From an uncultured Gemmatimonadaceae bacterium (GTDB taxonomy: Bacteria; Gemmatimonadota; Gemmatimonadetes; Gemmatimonadales; Gemmatimonadaceae), in NCBI GenBank assembly GCA_963716745.1, contig OY970320.1:288001-352000 (forward strand): DNA of 64,000 nt. Reading direction: 5' to 3'. Both the position numbers and the translations under genes were made by a program. Below the pieces are notes generated by a model. That model did no database searches, was not told the DNA's origin, and worked only from the letters and a program-made list of their open reading frames with translations. This document shows positions 24,250 through 36,871 of the stretch, one piece after another. Each line of letters begins with the position of its first letter. The first letter of the stretch is position 1.

Positions 24250-25391
24250 GCGGCCTTTCCTCCCTTCGCGAGCTTCACCGCTTTCTGCACCGCCTCGTCC
24301 ATGTCCGTCATCGCGCTGAAGCCGTTCTCGGTGAGGATCTTCACCGCGATCTCTTCGTTGGTGCCGGTGAGCCGGATCACGATCGGCACTCTGAGCGGAT
24401 TCGCCTTGGTCGCCGTCACGATGCCGTTCGCCACATCGTCGGTGCGCGTGATGCCGCCGAAGATATTGAACAGGATCGCTTTCACGTTCGGGTCGCTCGT
24501 GATGATCTTGAGCGCATTCACCACCTTCTCCGGGTTCGACGAGCCGCCGATGTCCAGGAAGTTCGCGGGGTCGCCGCCGTAGTACTTCACAAGGTCCATC
24601 GTCGCCATCGCGAGGCCGGCTCCGTTCACCACGCATCCGACGTCACCGTCGAGCTTGATGAACGTCAGGTTCGCGTTGCGCGCGGCGACCTCGCTCGGCG
24701 CCTCGGCGGTCTCATCGCGCAGCGCGGCCATCTCGGGGCGCCGGTCGAGTTCGTTGTCATCCACGCTGAGCTTCGCGTCGAGCGCCAATACCTCGCCTGC
24801 CGGCGTGGTCACGAGCGGGTTGATCTCCGCCAACGACGCGCCACTCGCGACGAAGGCGGACCAGAGCTGCTGCATGATCTTCGCCGCCGCGCGCGCCTGC
24901 TTCACGTCCTTGTACAGGAAGAAGCCCAGCTGCATCGCCTCGAATGGGAGCAGCCCATAGCGCGGGTCCACCGGCAGCCGCAGGATCTTCTCGGGCGTCT
25001 TGGCGGCCACTTCTTCGATGTCGATGCCGCCCGCGGGGCTCACCATGAACACCGCGCGCTTGGACGCGCGGTCGATGATGATGCCGGCGTACGCCTCCGT
25101 GGCGATCTCGGCGGCGGGCGCCACGAGCACCGTGTGCACCGTGAGACCCTTGATCTGCATGCCGAGGATCTTGGCCGCGATCTCCTTCGCCTCGGCGGGA
25201 CTCTTCGCGAGTTTCACACCGCCCGCTTTGCCACGCCCGCCCGCGTGCACCTGCGCCTTCACGACCACCGTGCCGCCGAACTTCCGCGCGATCTCCTCCG
25301 CGTGCTGCGGCGTGGTGGCAATCTCGCCGGGGGGCACGGGCATGCCGTGCCTCCGGAAGATCTCTTTCGCTTGATATTCGTGGATGTTCAC
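24246..25391 (-). CDS. sucC: Succinyl-CoA ligase beta subunit
   Basis: [53 protein letters not shown]. Confidence 0.97.
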   Translation of the reverse strand: MNIHEYQAKEIFRRHGMPVPPGEIATTPQHAEEIARKFGGTVVVKAQVHAGGRGKAGGVKLAKSPAEAKEIAAKILGMQIKGLTVHTVLVAPAAEIATEAYAGIIIDRASKRAVFMVSPAGGIDIEEVAAKTPEKILRLPVDPRYGLLPFEAMQLGFFLYKDVKQARAAAKIMQQLWSAFVASGASLAEINPLVTTPAGEVLALDAKLSVDDNELDRRPEMAALRDETAEAPSEVAARNANLTFIKLDGDVGCVVNGAGLAMATMDLVKYYGGDPANFLDIGGSSNPEKVVNALKIITSDPNVKAILFNIFGGITRTDDVANGIVTATKANPLRVPIVIRLTGTNEEIAVKILTENGFSAMTDMDEAVQKAVKLAKGGKAA

Positions 25392-26374
25392 GCCCGCTCC
25401 ATCGTGATCGTCGTTCCGGCATCGCCACGAACGGCCTCGCGTCCGCGGCGCAACTCGGTAATGATAGCGCGGCCGCCGGTGCGCCGCACGAATTCCACCG
25501 CGGCGCGCACCTTGGGCGCCATGCTGCCCTCGCCGAACGCGCCGGCGCGGTCCAGCGCCTCCGCTTCTGCCACCGGCAGCGACCGCAGCGCGCGCTGCTT
25601 CGGCGTGCCATAGTCGGCGTACACCGCATCGACATCCGTGAGGATGAGCAGCAGCGTCGCACCCAGATCGCGCGCGAGCACGGCGGACACGAGATCCTTA
25701 TCCACCACGGCGTCCACGCCTTCGAGGCCGAGCTTCGGATCGCGATACACCGGCGCGCCGCCACCGCCGCAGGCGATCACGATCGTTCCGGCACGCACGA
25801 GCGTGTCGATCACGGCGATCTCGTGCACGGCCAACGGCGCCGGACTGCCGACGACGCGGCGCCACCGTCCCCGCGCATCCTTCTTCACCGCGGAGCCGTT
25901 CGCGAGCACGACCTTCGCCCGCTGCGCGGTCATCTCGTGGCCGATGAACTTGGTGGGGTCCTTGAGTGCCGGATCGTGCTGCGCGACCTCCACCTGCGTG
26001 ACCACCGTGGCAACGCGGCGGTCGCTGCCCGCCCGTGCGAGCGCGTTCTCGAGCGACTGCTGCACCATGTAGCCGATCCAGCCCGCGGTCGCGGCCACGA
26101 GCACGCCGAGCGGCAGCGGCGCGACCTCGGAGCGCGCCATCTCGTTGCGCACGAGCTCGTCGCCTACTTGCGGGCCGTTGCCGTGCACGACGCACAGCTT
26201 CCAGCCGTCGAGTGCGAGGTCGACAACGGGACCGAGGCTCGAGCGCGTATGCTGGAATTGATCGGCGATGGTCGAGCGCTCGCCCGCGGGCGACAGCGCG
26301 TTCCCTCCGAGCGCGACGACGGCCGTGCCGGGCGCCGGCTTCGATCTCAGAGGAGGATTTCGCGGCGTCGGCAT
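25388..26374 (-). CDS. arcC: Carbamate kinase
   Basis: VVALGGNAL, HGNGPQVG, DPTKFIG, RRVVGSP, GGGG.PV, AVVDKD, GSMAPKV. Confidence 0.93.
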   Translation of the reverse strand: MPTPRNPPLRSKPAPGTAVVALGGNALSPAGERSTIADQFQHTRSSLGPVVDLALDGWKLCVVHGNGPQVGDELVRNEMARSEVAPLPLGVLVAATAGWIGYMVQQSLENALARAGSDRRVATVVTQVEVAQHDPALKDPTKFIGHEMTAQRAKVVLANGSAVKKDARGRWRRVVGSPAPLAVHEIAVIDTLVRAGTIVIACGGGGAPVYRDPKLGLEGVDAVVDKDLVSAVLARDLGATLLLILTDVDAVYADYGTPKQRALRSLPVAEAEALDRAGAFGEGSMAPKVRAAVEFVRRTGGRAIITELRRGREAVRGDAGTTITMERA

Positions 26375-26383
26375 CGAGCGCGC

Positions 26384-26412
26384 AAGCTATCGGGCGCGCC
26401 GGAGCGATTCAA
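26384..26412 (-). promoter_or_regulatory. Putative sigma-70-type promoter for arcC-sucC-sucD-ndk
   Basis: TTGAAT-17 bp-TAGCTT; the -35 box overlaps the upstream TGA. Confidence 0.5.
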
Positions 26413-28868
26413 GGCTGCCGCTCGCGGTGACCGAGCAGCGCGCCGAGCGCCTCGTACGCTTTCCCGAATGCCGGCCAATCGCCACGGCGCATCGCGGCGC
26501 GCATGTCGCCATACAGCGCGTTCACGCGCGCGCGGAATGCGGCCGGCGTGGACGGCATGCTGTCCGCGACGATCGGCGGTGCGCCGAGCGCGAGGCTCAC
26601 GCTGCGAGCCGACGCGACCGCGCTGCCGTCGGTGAGCGCCGCGCGCAGGAGCGTGGGCGCCGCGTCGGCGCGCCATCCGTACGCGGACTGTTCGAACAGC
26701 GCACCGCCCGCCACCGGCACGGCGCGCACCGCCCCTCGCGTGACGCGCACACCCGTGACGGGCGAGAGCGCGCTATCGAGCGCGCTCTTGAGCTGCCCCG
26801 TGATCGTGGACCACCGCGCGCCAGCCCCGGCGAGCGGCATCCAATACGTGGCGCGCTCTTCGCCTCCCGTCGCGATGGCGATGCCCGACAGATGCTCGTT
26901 CGCATCGAGCAACGGAACGGACCATGCAGTGATCTGCCCCTGAGGAAGGAGGTACGATCCATCGCGGTGCGCCGCCGGGATAGAGTCGGCGAGCGCAGGC
27001 GGCAGGTCGCCGCCCGGCGGCGATTCGCCGCGCCGGCCGTAGCGCGCGAGCATCCGCGCCTGCACGCGCGCGCCGTCGGCCTCGGGCGGCAATGCCGCGA
27101 GGAGCGCGCGCGGCACGCCGGTGCGATCGGCGAAGAGCGACGGGAACATCGTCACCCAACTCTTCGCCAGCGGGTCGAGGACCGCGTCCGCGAGAAGCAG
27201 CACGCGTCCCGTGTGTGCATTCACGACTGCGGTCGCCGCGTGGTGAATGAAACTGAACTCGCCATCGCCGAGTGAGTCGCGGCGGCTGAGCGGGTACGTC
27301 TCGCTCACGGAATACAGGTCGAGCGCCCAGTAGAGCGAGTCCGCCACGAACATCGGCGCCACCGCCGTGCCCTGCTGGAAGAACGGGGCGAGCGCATCGA
27401 CGCGTTCGCGCACGTCGCGGAGCACGATCGCCTGCGGCCGCGGACCGGGCAGCTCCGCGCTGATCAAGCCGAGCCGCTGTCGGCTCCACGCGAATGCGAT
27501 CCGCGCGCCCGCGGTCGTGAGCGCGGGCGCCGGGATCACACCGAACGTATCCGCCATCACGAGCATGTCATCCGGCGCGCCCTCGTACACGAGCACACTC
27601 GGCAGCAACTCGTCCCCGCCGCTGTCGTCGGCGGCGATGAGATCGCCGCCGCCATCGGCGAACGACGCCAGGAAGCTGGTGAACGTCCACGTGGCCGCGG
27701 CGCTGTCCCGTGGAGGCGGCGGCGACCGCACCGGCACGACTGCGACAAGCGCGCCGCGCCGCGCCGTCCAACCGACCGACGCCACCTCTCCGTGCCGCCG
27801 CCGCGACGCCGCGTGCACGAGCACCGAGGGATCCCACGCCGATACCGAGACCGCGGCCGCGCGCGGCGATCCGAAGCGCAACGACGCGTCCGCGGCACGT
27901 ATGCGGTCCACCGCGAAGGCCCGCCGCGAGTATTCGGCCCGCTCGCGCTGGTACGGTTGATCGCGCATCCCCGCGTCGGCGATCACCGCCGAGCGCTGCA
28001 CGAGGATCGGGGCGAGCGACCGGATGCTCACGCCGATCAGCAGCAGCACCGAGAGCGCGCCCACAGCGAAGCGCGACTGCCCCATCCAGCCAAGCACCAG
28101 CAACAAGAACGCGGCGCCGAGAGAGATGAGCGACAGCACGCCAGCGGCGGGTATGAGTGCCTTGTGATCCACATAGGAGAACGCGCCGCCCACGCCGCTG
28201 CCCGCGAACATCGTGCGGAACTCGTCGAGACGGAAACTCCACGCGAGGATCACGAGGAGCACGGCGCCGAGCACGAGCAGATGGCGGCGCACATACTGCG
28301 AAAGACGAAGGCGGCCCGCCTCCCATCGCAGTCCGGGAGTGAGCGCGTACAGGAACACGACGAGCGCCACCGTCATGAGCACCGTGAGCATCGACGTCAG
28401 GTACAGCGACGTCTCGAACGGCAGCTTGTAGACGTAGAATCCCAGGTCGTTCTCGAGATACGGATCCGCCTCGCCGAACGGGATCCCATGCTGGTACATC
28501 GCGAGCTGTTGCCAGGTCTCGACGGGCAGCGCGAGGAGCCAGCCGAAGAGCACGGCAAGCAACGCCGCCGTGAGCACCATCGTCCGCCCCGGGACCTCCT
28601 CGCCGATCTCGATGTTCGCGACCCGTCGCGGCAGCACGAGCTTCACGACGCTCTGCCGCACGCCGTACAAGTTCAGGAATACGAACAGGCCTGCCGCGAG
28701 CCCCGACCCGACGCGCGTGACGGCACCCAGCCAGACGCGCTCGCGCCAGAGCGCGCCTGCGCCAAGCGAGGCATACCAGAGTCCATCGGCATAGTCGCCG
28801 GCGATGGCGCGTCCGGCCAGGAGCACGCACGCGGCGATCAGGAGGCCGAGTACCCAGCGGCCGCGCAT
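26409..28868 (-). CDS. UPF0182 family membrane protein
   Basis: LWYASLG, PFGEADP...DLGFYVYKLPF, multi-TM N-terminal half, RDVRERV..LAPF, YPLS, AMRRGDWPAFG.A...L C-terminus. Confidence 0.82.
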   Translation of the reverse strand: MRGRWVLGLLIAACVLLAGRAIAGDYADGLWYASLGAGALWRERVWLGAVTRVGSGLAAGLFVFLNLYGVRQSVVKLVLPRRVANIEIGEEVPGRTMVLTAALLAVLFGWLLALPVETWQQLAMYQHGIPFGEADPYLENDLGFYVYKLPFETSLYLTSMLTVLMTVALVVFLYALTPGLRWEAGRLRLSQYVRRHLLVLGAVLLVILAWSFRLDEFRTMFAGSGVGGAFSYVDHKALIPAAGVLSLISLGAAFLLLVLGWMGQSRFAVGALSVLLLIGVSIRSLAPILVQRSAVIADAGMRDQPYQRERAEYSRRAFAVDRIRAADASLRFGSPRAAAVSVSAWDPSVLVHAASRRRHGEVASVGWTARRGALVAVVPVRSPPPPRDSAAATWTFTSFLASFADGGGDLIAADDSGGDELLPSVLVYEGAPDDMLVMADTFGVIPAPALTTAGARIAFAWSRQRLGLISAELPGPRPQAIVLRDVRERVDALAPFFQQGTAVAPMFVADSLYWALDLYSVSETYPLSRRDSLGDGEFSFIHHAATAVVNAHTGRVLLLADAVLDPLAKSWVTMFPSLFADRTGVPRALLAALPPEADGARVQARMLARYGRRGESPPGGDLPPALADSIPAAHRDGSYLLPQGQITAWSVPLLDANEHLSGIAIATGGEERATYWMPLAGAGARWSTITGQLKSALDSALSPVTGVRVTRGAVRAVPVAGGALFEQSAYGWRADAAPTLLRAALTDGSAVASARSVSLALGAPPIVADSMPSTPAAFRARVNALYGDMRAAMRRGDWPAFGKAYEALGALLGHRERQP

Positions 28869-28873
28869 CGTGG

Positions 28874-30247
28874 CTAGACCACGACGCCGCGCGAGCGAAG
28901 CCAGCCCTCCATCTCGCCGCGGATCGCCGCGAGATGCTGCTCCGTTCGCGCTTCGAACCGCAACACGAGGATGGGTTGTGTGTTCGAGGCCCGAATGAGC
29001 CCCCACCCGTCCCCGAAGAGCACGCGCGCACCGTCGACGCCGATCACTTCGTGCGTGCGGCGGAAATGCCGCACCGCCTCTTCCACGATCCCGAATTTGA
29101 TGTCATCGGCACAGTCGACGCGCAGCTCCGGCGTGGAAACGAACTTCGGCACGCCGGCGAGCAATTCGCTGACGCTGCGGCCGCTGGCGGCGACAATGCG
29201 CAGGATGCGCGCGGCGGCGTACAGCGCGTCATCGTGGCCGTAGAATCCCTCGCGGAAGAACATGTGGCCGGACATCTCGCCCGCGAGCGGCGCGCCGGTC
29301 TCCTTCATCTTCTCCTTGATGAGCGAGTGGCCGGTTTTCCACATGAGCGGCTCACCGCCCGCGCGCGCGATCTCCTCGGGGAGCGCCTGCGAACACTTCA
29401 CGTCGAAAATAATCTTCTGCCCTGCCCCGGTGCGCGACAGGACATCGCGCGCGTAGAGGATGAGCAGGTGATCGCCCCAGATGATCCCGCCTCTCTCGTC
29501 GATGATCCCAATGCGGTCGGCGTCGCCGTCGAATGCGATGCCGATGTCGGCGCGCTCGGACTTCACGGCGCCAATGAGATCCTGGAGGTTCTCCACCACG
29601 GTGGGATCCGGGTGGTGGTTCGGGAACGTGCCGTCGCTCTCGCAGAAGAGGCAGGTCCACGTCACACCGAGGCCGTCGAACAGCGCCGGCGCCGCGACCG
29701 TTCCCGCGCCATTGCCGCAGTCCACCACCACCTTCAACGGCCGCGCCAGCTTTCCCGTGCGCGCCAGGAGATCAGCGACGTAACGGTCGAGGATCGCTGC
29801 TTGCGAGAGTGCGCCGCGCGCCGCCGCAGCCGGACCCGCCGGCGCATTCGCCCGGCGATAGAGATCCTGGATCCCCTCGCCATAGAGCGAATCGTGACCC
29901 ACGCACAGTTTGAAGCCGTTGTACTCGCTGGGATTGTGCGAGCCGGTGATCTGGATCCCGGCCGCGACGGGCAGATTGTGCAGCGCCCAGTAGAGCATCG
30001 GCGTGGGCACGACGCCAATGTCAACGACGTCCCGGCCGCTGGCCCGCAGTCCTTCCACGAGCGCATCCCGCAGCGCGCCGCCACTCGGCCGGTTGTCGCG
30101 TCCCACGGCAACTGCGCCTACGATCTCCCGTGCGCGCAGCAGCTCCGCGAAACCGCGTCCGACCGCGGCCGCGGTGGACTCCGTGAGCTCAGCGCCGACG
30201 ACGCCGCGGATGTCGTACTGTCGGAAGATCCCCGCGTCGAGAGACAT
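28874..30247 (-). CDS. Phosphomannomutase/phosphoglucomutase (AlgC-like)
   Basis: IFRQYDIRG, ITGSHNP, FDGDADR, GEMSGH, RASNTQP. Confidence 0.95.
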   Translation of the reverse strand: MSLDAGIFRQYDIRGVVGAELTESTAAAVGRGFAELLRAREIVGAVAVGRDNRPSGGALRDALVEGLRASGRDVVDIGVVPTPMLYWALHNLPVAAGIQITGSHNPSEYNGFKLCVGHDSLYGEGIQDLYRRANAPAGPAAAARGALSQAAILDRYVADLLARTGKLARPLKVVVDCGNGAGTVAAPALFDGLGVTWTCLFCESDGTFPNHHPDPTVVENLQDLIGAVKSERADIGIAFDGDADRIGIIDERGGIIWGDHLLILYARDVLSRTGAGQKIIFDVKCSQALPEEIARAGGEPLMWKTGHSLIKEKMKETGAPLAGEMSGHMFFREGFYGHDDALYAAARILRIVAASGRSVSELLAGVPKFVSTPELRVDCADDIKFGIVEEAVRHFRRTHEVIGVDGARVLFGDGWGLIRASNTQPILVLRFEARTEQHLAAIRGEMEGWLRSRGVVV

Positions 30248-30293
30248 GCTGGCGTAGTGGCGCCGCGCGGCCGCGCAGAGGCGGCCGCGAGCG

Positions 30294-31817
30294 TTAGCGC
30301 GGCGCGAGCGGAGGAGCGGCGGCCGTGGGCCCCTGCAGATGCGCCGCGGAGGGCGTGCTGCGCACCGACCACACCAAGAGCCGGTCCGGCCACAGGCCGA
30401 AGACCAATATCGCGACCGCGGCGATCCCGATCACCCACCCGGTGAGGCGCGGCGTTGGACCGGCACGCGGCACATCGGGCGCGAGCGGCTTCATGAACAT
30501 CGTCACCACGATGCCCAAATAGTAGCCGGCGGACACCACGCTGGTGAGCACGAGGATCACCGCGAGCGATGTTTGCGGCACCGCTCCGGTGAGCGCGGTC
30601 TTGAGCACGTACCACTTGGCGATGAAGCCCATGCCGCCGGCGATCGGGAATCCGAGCAACGACATCATGAACACCGCCATCGCGGCGGCAAGCCACGGGT
30701 TCGACTGCCAAAGGCCTTCCAGATCGCTCACGCGCTGGCCATGCCCGCCCGGCCGGCTCACCGCCACGACGACCGCGAACGCGCCCATCGTGGCGAGGGT
30801 GTAGGCCATCATGTAGAACACGAGCGTCGAGGTCGCCGCCAGCGACGCCGAGGAGAGCGCCACGAGGAGATATCCGGCGTGGGCGATACTCGAGTACGCC
30901 AGCATGCGCTTCACGTTCTTCTGCTGCAGCGCCACGAGATTGCCGAAGATCATCGTCGCCGCAGCGAGCCACCAGATCACGGGGATCCAGCTCATGCGGA
31001 TCCCGGCGAACGCCTCTATCCAGAGGCGAATGAGCGACGCGAACGCGGCGGTCTTCACGCCCGCCGCCATGAAGGCGGTGAACGGCGTCGGCGAACCCTC
31101 GTACACATCCGGCGTCCACATGTGGAATGGCACCGCCGCGATCTTGAAGCCGAAGCCCACGACGAGCATTGCGACGCCCAGCAGCATCACCACCGAGGGC
31201 ATCCGTGCCCCGCTCAGCATTCCGCCGATCACGCTGAATTGCGTGGAACCGGTGGCACCGTACACGAGCGCGATGCCGTACAGCAGGAAGCCCGTCGCGA
31301 ACGCGCCGAGCAGGAAGTACTTGAGCGACGCTTCGGCGGCGCGCGCGCTGCGACGGTTGAGTCCCGCGAGCACGTACACGGCGATCGACATCAGCTCGAT
31401 GCCCAGGAAGACGAGCACCAGATCGCGAGCCGCCGCGAGCACCATCATTCCCGCCGCGGCAAACAGGACCATGACGTACCCTTCGCCGAGTACGATCCCA
31501 TCGCGCCGGTTCTCGTCCATGGAAAGCGCGATCGTGATCGCGGTCGCGAGCAGGATGAGCAGATCCACGACCCACCGGAAATTGTCGACTGCGATCATGC
31601 CGGGTCCGGCCGACACATCGCTCACCGCCATCCAGATCACGGTGGCGGCGGTGAGCGCGCAGAGGAGCAGCGCGAGCCGGCCCGCGAGGCGGTCACGCTC
31701 GGCGGTCTCGGCGCCCCACACCACGATCAACAGGAGCGCCATCGCACCCGCCATCAGGATGAGGTCGGGCGTGAGCGCCGCGGCCAGCTGCGAGGGGATC
31801 GAGAGGTCGAATGTCAT
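30294..31817 (-). CDS. nuoN: NADH-quinone oxidoreductase subunit N
   Basis: EASLKYFLLGA, FKIAAVPFHMWTPDVYEG, KRMLAYSSIAH. Confidence 0.95.
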   Translation of the reverse strand: MTFDLSIPSQLAAALTPDLILMAGAMALLLIVVWGAETAERDRLAGRLALLLCALTAATVIWMAVSDVSAGPGMIAVDNFRWVVDLLILLATAITIALSMDENRRDGIVLGEGYVMVLFAAAGMMVLAAARDLVLVFLGIELMSIAVYVLAGLNRRSARAAEASLKYFLLGAFATGFLLYGIALVYGATGSTQFSVIGGMLSGARMPSVVMLLGVAMLVVGFGFKIAAVPFHMWTPDVYEGSPTPFTAFMAAGVKTAAFASLIRLWIEAFAGIRMSWIPVIWWLAAATMIFGNLVALQQKNVKRMLAYSSIAHAGYLLVALSSASLAATSTLVFYMMAYTLATMGAFAVVVAVSRPGGHGQRVSDLEGLWQSNPWLAAAMAVFMMSLLGFPIAGGMGFIAKWYVLKTALTGAVPQTSLAVILVLTSVVSAGYYLGIVVTMFMKPLAPDVPRAGPTPRLTGWVIGIAAVAILVFGLWPDRLLVWSVRSTPSAAHLQGPTAAAPPLAPR

Positions 31818-33380
31818 CTAGCGCACCCCCCGCCGGCCGCTCACCGTCGGCCCGGGCGACTGCTCCACCATGCGGACGAACCTGACCGCCGCCGGCTGCA
31901 TCCGGTCGAGCACCGGCTTGGGATACAATCCGAGCCACAGGATGGTGAGCGTGAGCACGCCCATGATGGTCAGTTCGCGCCAGTTCAGGTCGCGCAGGTG
32001 CGCGTTGTCGGGATTCGTGTTCTTGCCGAAGAGCACGCGCTGGATCGCCCAGAGCAGATACGCCGCTGCGAAGATGACGCCGGTCGTCGCGAGGAGCGCG
32101 AAGATCGGCTGCGTCTCGAACGCACCGAGGAGCACGAGGAACTCGCCGACGAACCCGTTCGTGCCGGGGAGCGCAATGCTCGAGAGCGAGACGAGCACCA
32201 GGAACGCGCCGAAGAGCGGCGCGACGCTCGTGATGCCGCCGAAGGCCGAGATGAGGTGCGTGTGCCGCCGCTCATACAGCATGCCGATGAGCAGGAAGAG
32301 CGCGCCGGTCGAGATGCCGTGATTGATCATGACCATCAGCGCGCCCTGCACCCCATGGACGCTGAATGCGAAGATGCCGAGCATCACGAACCCCAGATGG
32401 CTCACCGAGGAGTACGCGACCAATTTCTTGAAATCCGGTTGCACGAGCGCGACGAGCGCGCCGTAGAGGATGCCGATCACGGCGAGCGCGAGCACGACGT
32501 CGCGCACCCATGGCGAGAACGCGACCATCGGGAAGAACGGCACCGCGAACCGCAGGAACCCATAGGTGCCCATCTTCAGCATGATGGACGCCAGCACCAC
32601 CGAGCCGCCCGTTGGCGCCTCGACGTGCGCGTCGGGGAGCCACGTGTGGAACGGGAACATCGGCACTTTCACCGCGAACGCGAGCGCGAAGGCGGTGAAC
32701 AGCAGCAACGACGTGCGGGGCCCGAGCGCCAGCGTGCGCATCATGTCATAGCTGAAATTCTGGCCGGCGGCGTTCCACATGTAGATGATCGCGACCAGCA
32801 TGAGCAGCGACCCGATCATCGTGTAGATGAAGAACTTCACGCTGGAGTAGATGCGCCGCTCTCCGCCCCAGATGCCGATGATGAAGTACATCGGCACGAG
32901 CATGACCTCCCACATCACGTAGAAGAACAGCATGTCGAGCGCCATGAACACGCCGAGCATGCCGGTGGTGAGCACGAGCATGAGGCCGTAGTACGTGCGC
33001 AACTTCTTGCGCACGCTCGTCCATCCGCCGAGCACGACGAGCGGCATGAGGAACGTCGTCAACAGGATCATGAAGAGCGAGATCCCGTCGATGCCGAGCG
33101 CGATGTTCGCGTGCCACGTGGGAATCCATTCGAAGCTGCGATAACTCTGCCAGTCGCGCGAAATCGGATCGAACGTCCACCAAAGCCCCAGGCTCACCAC
33201 GAATTCCGCCAGGAACGTCAGGAGCGCGATCCAGCGCGCAAAGCCGGCTTGCTCAATGCTGCCGTCATCACGCGTGAAAGCGCCCAGGATGAACAGCGCC
33301 GCGGCCCCCACCAGCGGAATGATGAGCAGCGCCGGCAGTACCCAGTATGCGTATCCGGTTGAGAGCAGGAATTCACGCAT
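31818..33380 (-). CDS. nuoM: NADH-quinone oxidoreductase subunit M
   Basis: WEVMLVPMYF, KVPMFPFHTWLPDAHVEAP, KKLVAYSSVSH. Confidence 0.96.
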   Translation of the reverse strand: MREFLLSTGYAYWVLPALLIIPLVGAAALFILGAFTRDDGSIEQAGFARWIALLTFLAEFVVSLGLWWTFDPISRDWQSYRSFEWIPTWHANIALGIDGISLFMILLTTFLMPLVVLGGWTSVRKKLRTYYGLMLVLTTGMLGVFMALDMLFFYVMWEVMLVPMYFIIGIWGGERRIYSSVKFFIYTMIGSLLMLVAIIYMWNAAGQNFSYDMMRTLALGPRTSLLLFTAFALAFAVKVPMFPFHTWLPDAHVEAPTGGSVVLASIMLKMGTYGFLRFAVPFFPMVAFSPWVRDVVLALAVIGILYGALVALVQPDFKKLVAYSSVSHLGFVMLGIFAFSVHGVQGALMVMINHGISTGALFLLIGMLYERRHTHLISAFGGITSVAPLFGAFLVLVSLSSIALPGTNGFVGEFLVLLGAFETQPIFALLATTGVIFAAAYLLWAIQRVLFGKNTNPDNAHLRDLNWRELTIMGVLTLTILWLGLYPKPVLDRMQPAAVRFVRMVEQSPGPTVSGRRGVR

Positions 33381-33383
33381 GGG

Positions 33384-35566
<2,183 letters not shown>

Positions 35567-35570
<4 letters not shown>

Positions 35571-35860
35571 CCTTTCAGGAGATTGATGTTGCGGAGATCG
35601 ACACTCTCATAGTGCCGGAAGATCGAGATGATGATCGCCAATCCCACCGCCGCCTCGGCCGCCGCCACGGTCATCACGAAGATCACGAACACTTGGCCGC
35701 CCACGCCGTGCAGCCGCGAGAACGCCACGAACGAGAGGTTCACCGCGTTGAGCATCAGCTCCACGCACATGAAGATCACGATCGCGTTGCGACGCGTGAG
35801 CACGCCCACGACCCCGATCACGAACAGCACGGCGGAGAAGAAGATCGCTTCGGTGACCAT
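35567..35860 (-). CDS. nuoK: NADH-quinone oxidoreductase subunit K
   Basis: RRNAI...ELMLNAVN...[10 protein letters not shown]. Confidence 0.96.
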
Positions 35861-35863
35861 CGC

Positions 35864-36376
35864 TCACACCCTCCGCTTGGCGAGCACCACCGCGCCGACG
35901 ATCGCGGCGAGGAGCAGCACGCTCGTGAGTTCGAAGGGGAGCAGGTACTCCCGGAAGAGCGGGCCCGCGATCGCGGTGGTGACGTTCGCATTGGCCAACG
36001 GCGCGTCCAGCAACGGCGGCAGCTTCGCGCGCGCGAGCACGAGCACTTCCGCGAGCATCGCCAGTCCCACGATCCCGGCGGTGATGCGCACGCCGCGGCC
36101 GCGGAGATCCGCGATGTCCGACGGTTTGCCGAGATTCAGCAGCATCACCACGAACATGAACACGACCATGATGGCGCCGGCGTACACCAGCACCTGGATC
36201 GCCGCGATGAACTGGGCGTCGAGCATCAGGAACATCGCCGAGATGCAGAACATCACGTTCACCAGCCAGAGCGCGGCCGCCACAGGACTCTTGCGCGTGA
36301 CGAACACCAGCGCCCCCGCCACCGCGAGGATGCCGAAGAGATAGAAATGGAACTGGAAGACCAGACCGTGGTTCAT
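35864..36376 (-). CDS. nuoJ: NADH-quinone oxidoreductase subunit J
   Basis: QVLVYAGAIMV, YLLPFELTSVLLL. Confidence 0.94.
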   Translation of the reverse strand: MNHGLVFQFHFYLFGILAVAGALVFVTRKSPVAAALWLVNVMFCISAMFLMLDAQFIAAIQVLVYAGAIMVVFMFVVMLLNLGKPSDIADLRGRGVRITAGIVGLAMLAEVLVLARAKLPPLLDAPLANANVTTAIAGPLFREYLLPFELTSVLLLAAIVGAVVLAKRRV

Positions 36377-36870
36377 TCGCCCTTCGGGTAGGCGGGATCC
36401 CACAGTTCCGACACCGGATGCGTCTGCGCCATCAGCCGCGGCAGATCGTACACGAAGCTGTCGCGGCTGTACTCCGCGTTCTCATAGTGCCGCCCCACGT
36501 GGATCGCCTCCTCAGGGCACACCTCCTGGCAGTAGCCGCAGAAGATGCAGCGGAACTCATCGATCTCGTACACGAGCGGATAGCGGTTCCCTTCCTCATC
36601 CTCGCCCGGCACGAGCTTGATGCAGTTCGCCGGGCACACTTGGGGACAGAGTCCGCAGGCGACGCATTTCGCTTTGCCCGTCTCGTCGGTGAGCATCCGG
36701 TGCGTGCCGCGCCAGCGCGGCGAGAGATCCCATTTCTGCTCGGGGAACTCCAGCGTCACCTTGTGCGGATTCACCATGTGCTTGAAGGTGAGCGCGAGGC
36801 CGCTCAGCATCGCGCGCACGTAGCTCGCGTCGGGGATCGGCCGCGGAAGGACTCTCACCTGGATCGGCAT
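36373..36870 (-). CDS. nuoI: NADH-quinone oxidoreductase subunit I
   Basis: CVACGLCPQVCP and CIFCGYCQEVCP. Confidence 0.96.
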   Translation of the reverse strand: MPIQVRVLPRPIPDASYVRAMLSGLALTFKHMVNPHKVTLEFPEQKWDLSPRWRGTHRMLTDETGKAKCVACGLCPQVCPANCIKLVPGEDEEGNRYPLVYEIDEFRCIFCGYCQEVCPEEAIHVGRHYENAEYSRDSFVYDLPRLMAQTHPVSELWDPAYPKGE

Positions 36871-36871
36871 G

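Noticed and set aside
30339..33362. Long plus-strand ORFs (1007 aa here; also 41650..43674, 7527..9146 and others)
   Set aside because: Antisense shadows of real high-GC genes, with Arg/His/Ala-rich translations that carry no motifs.
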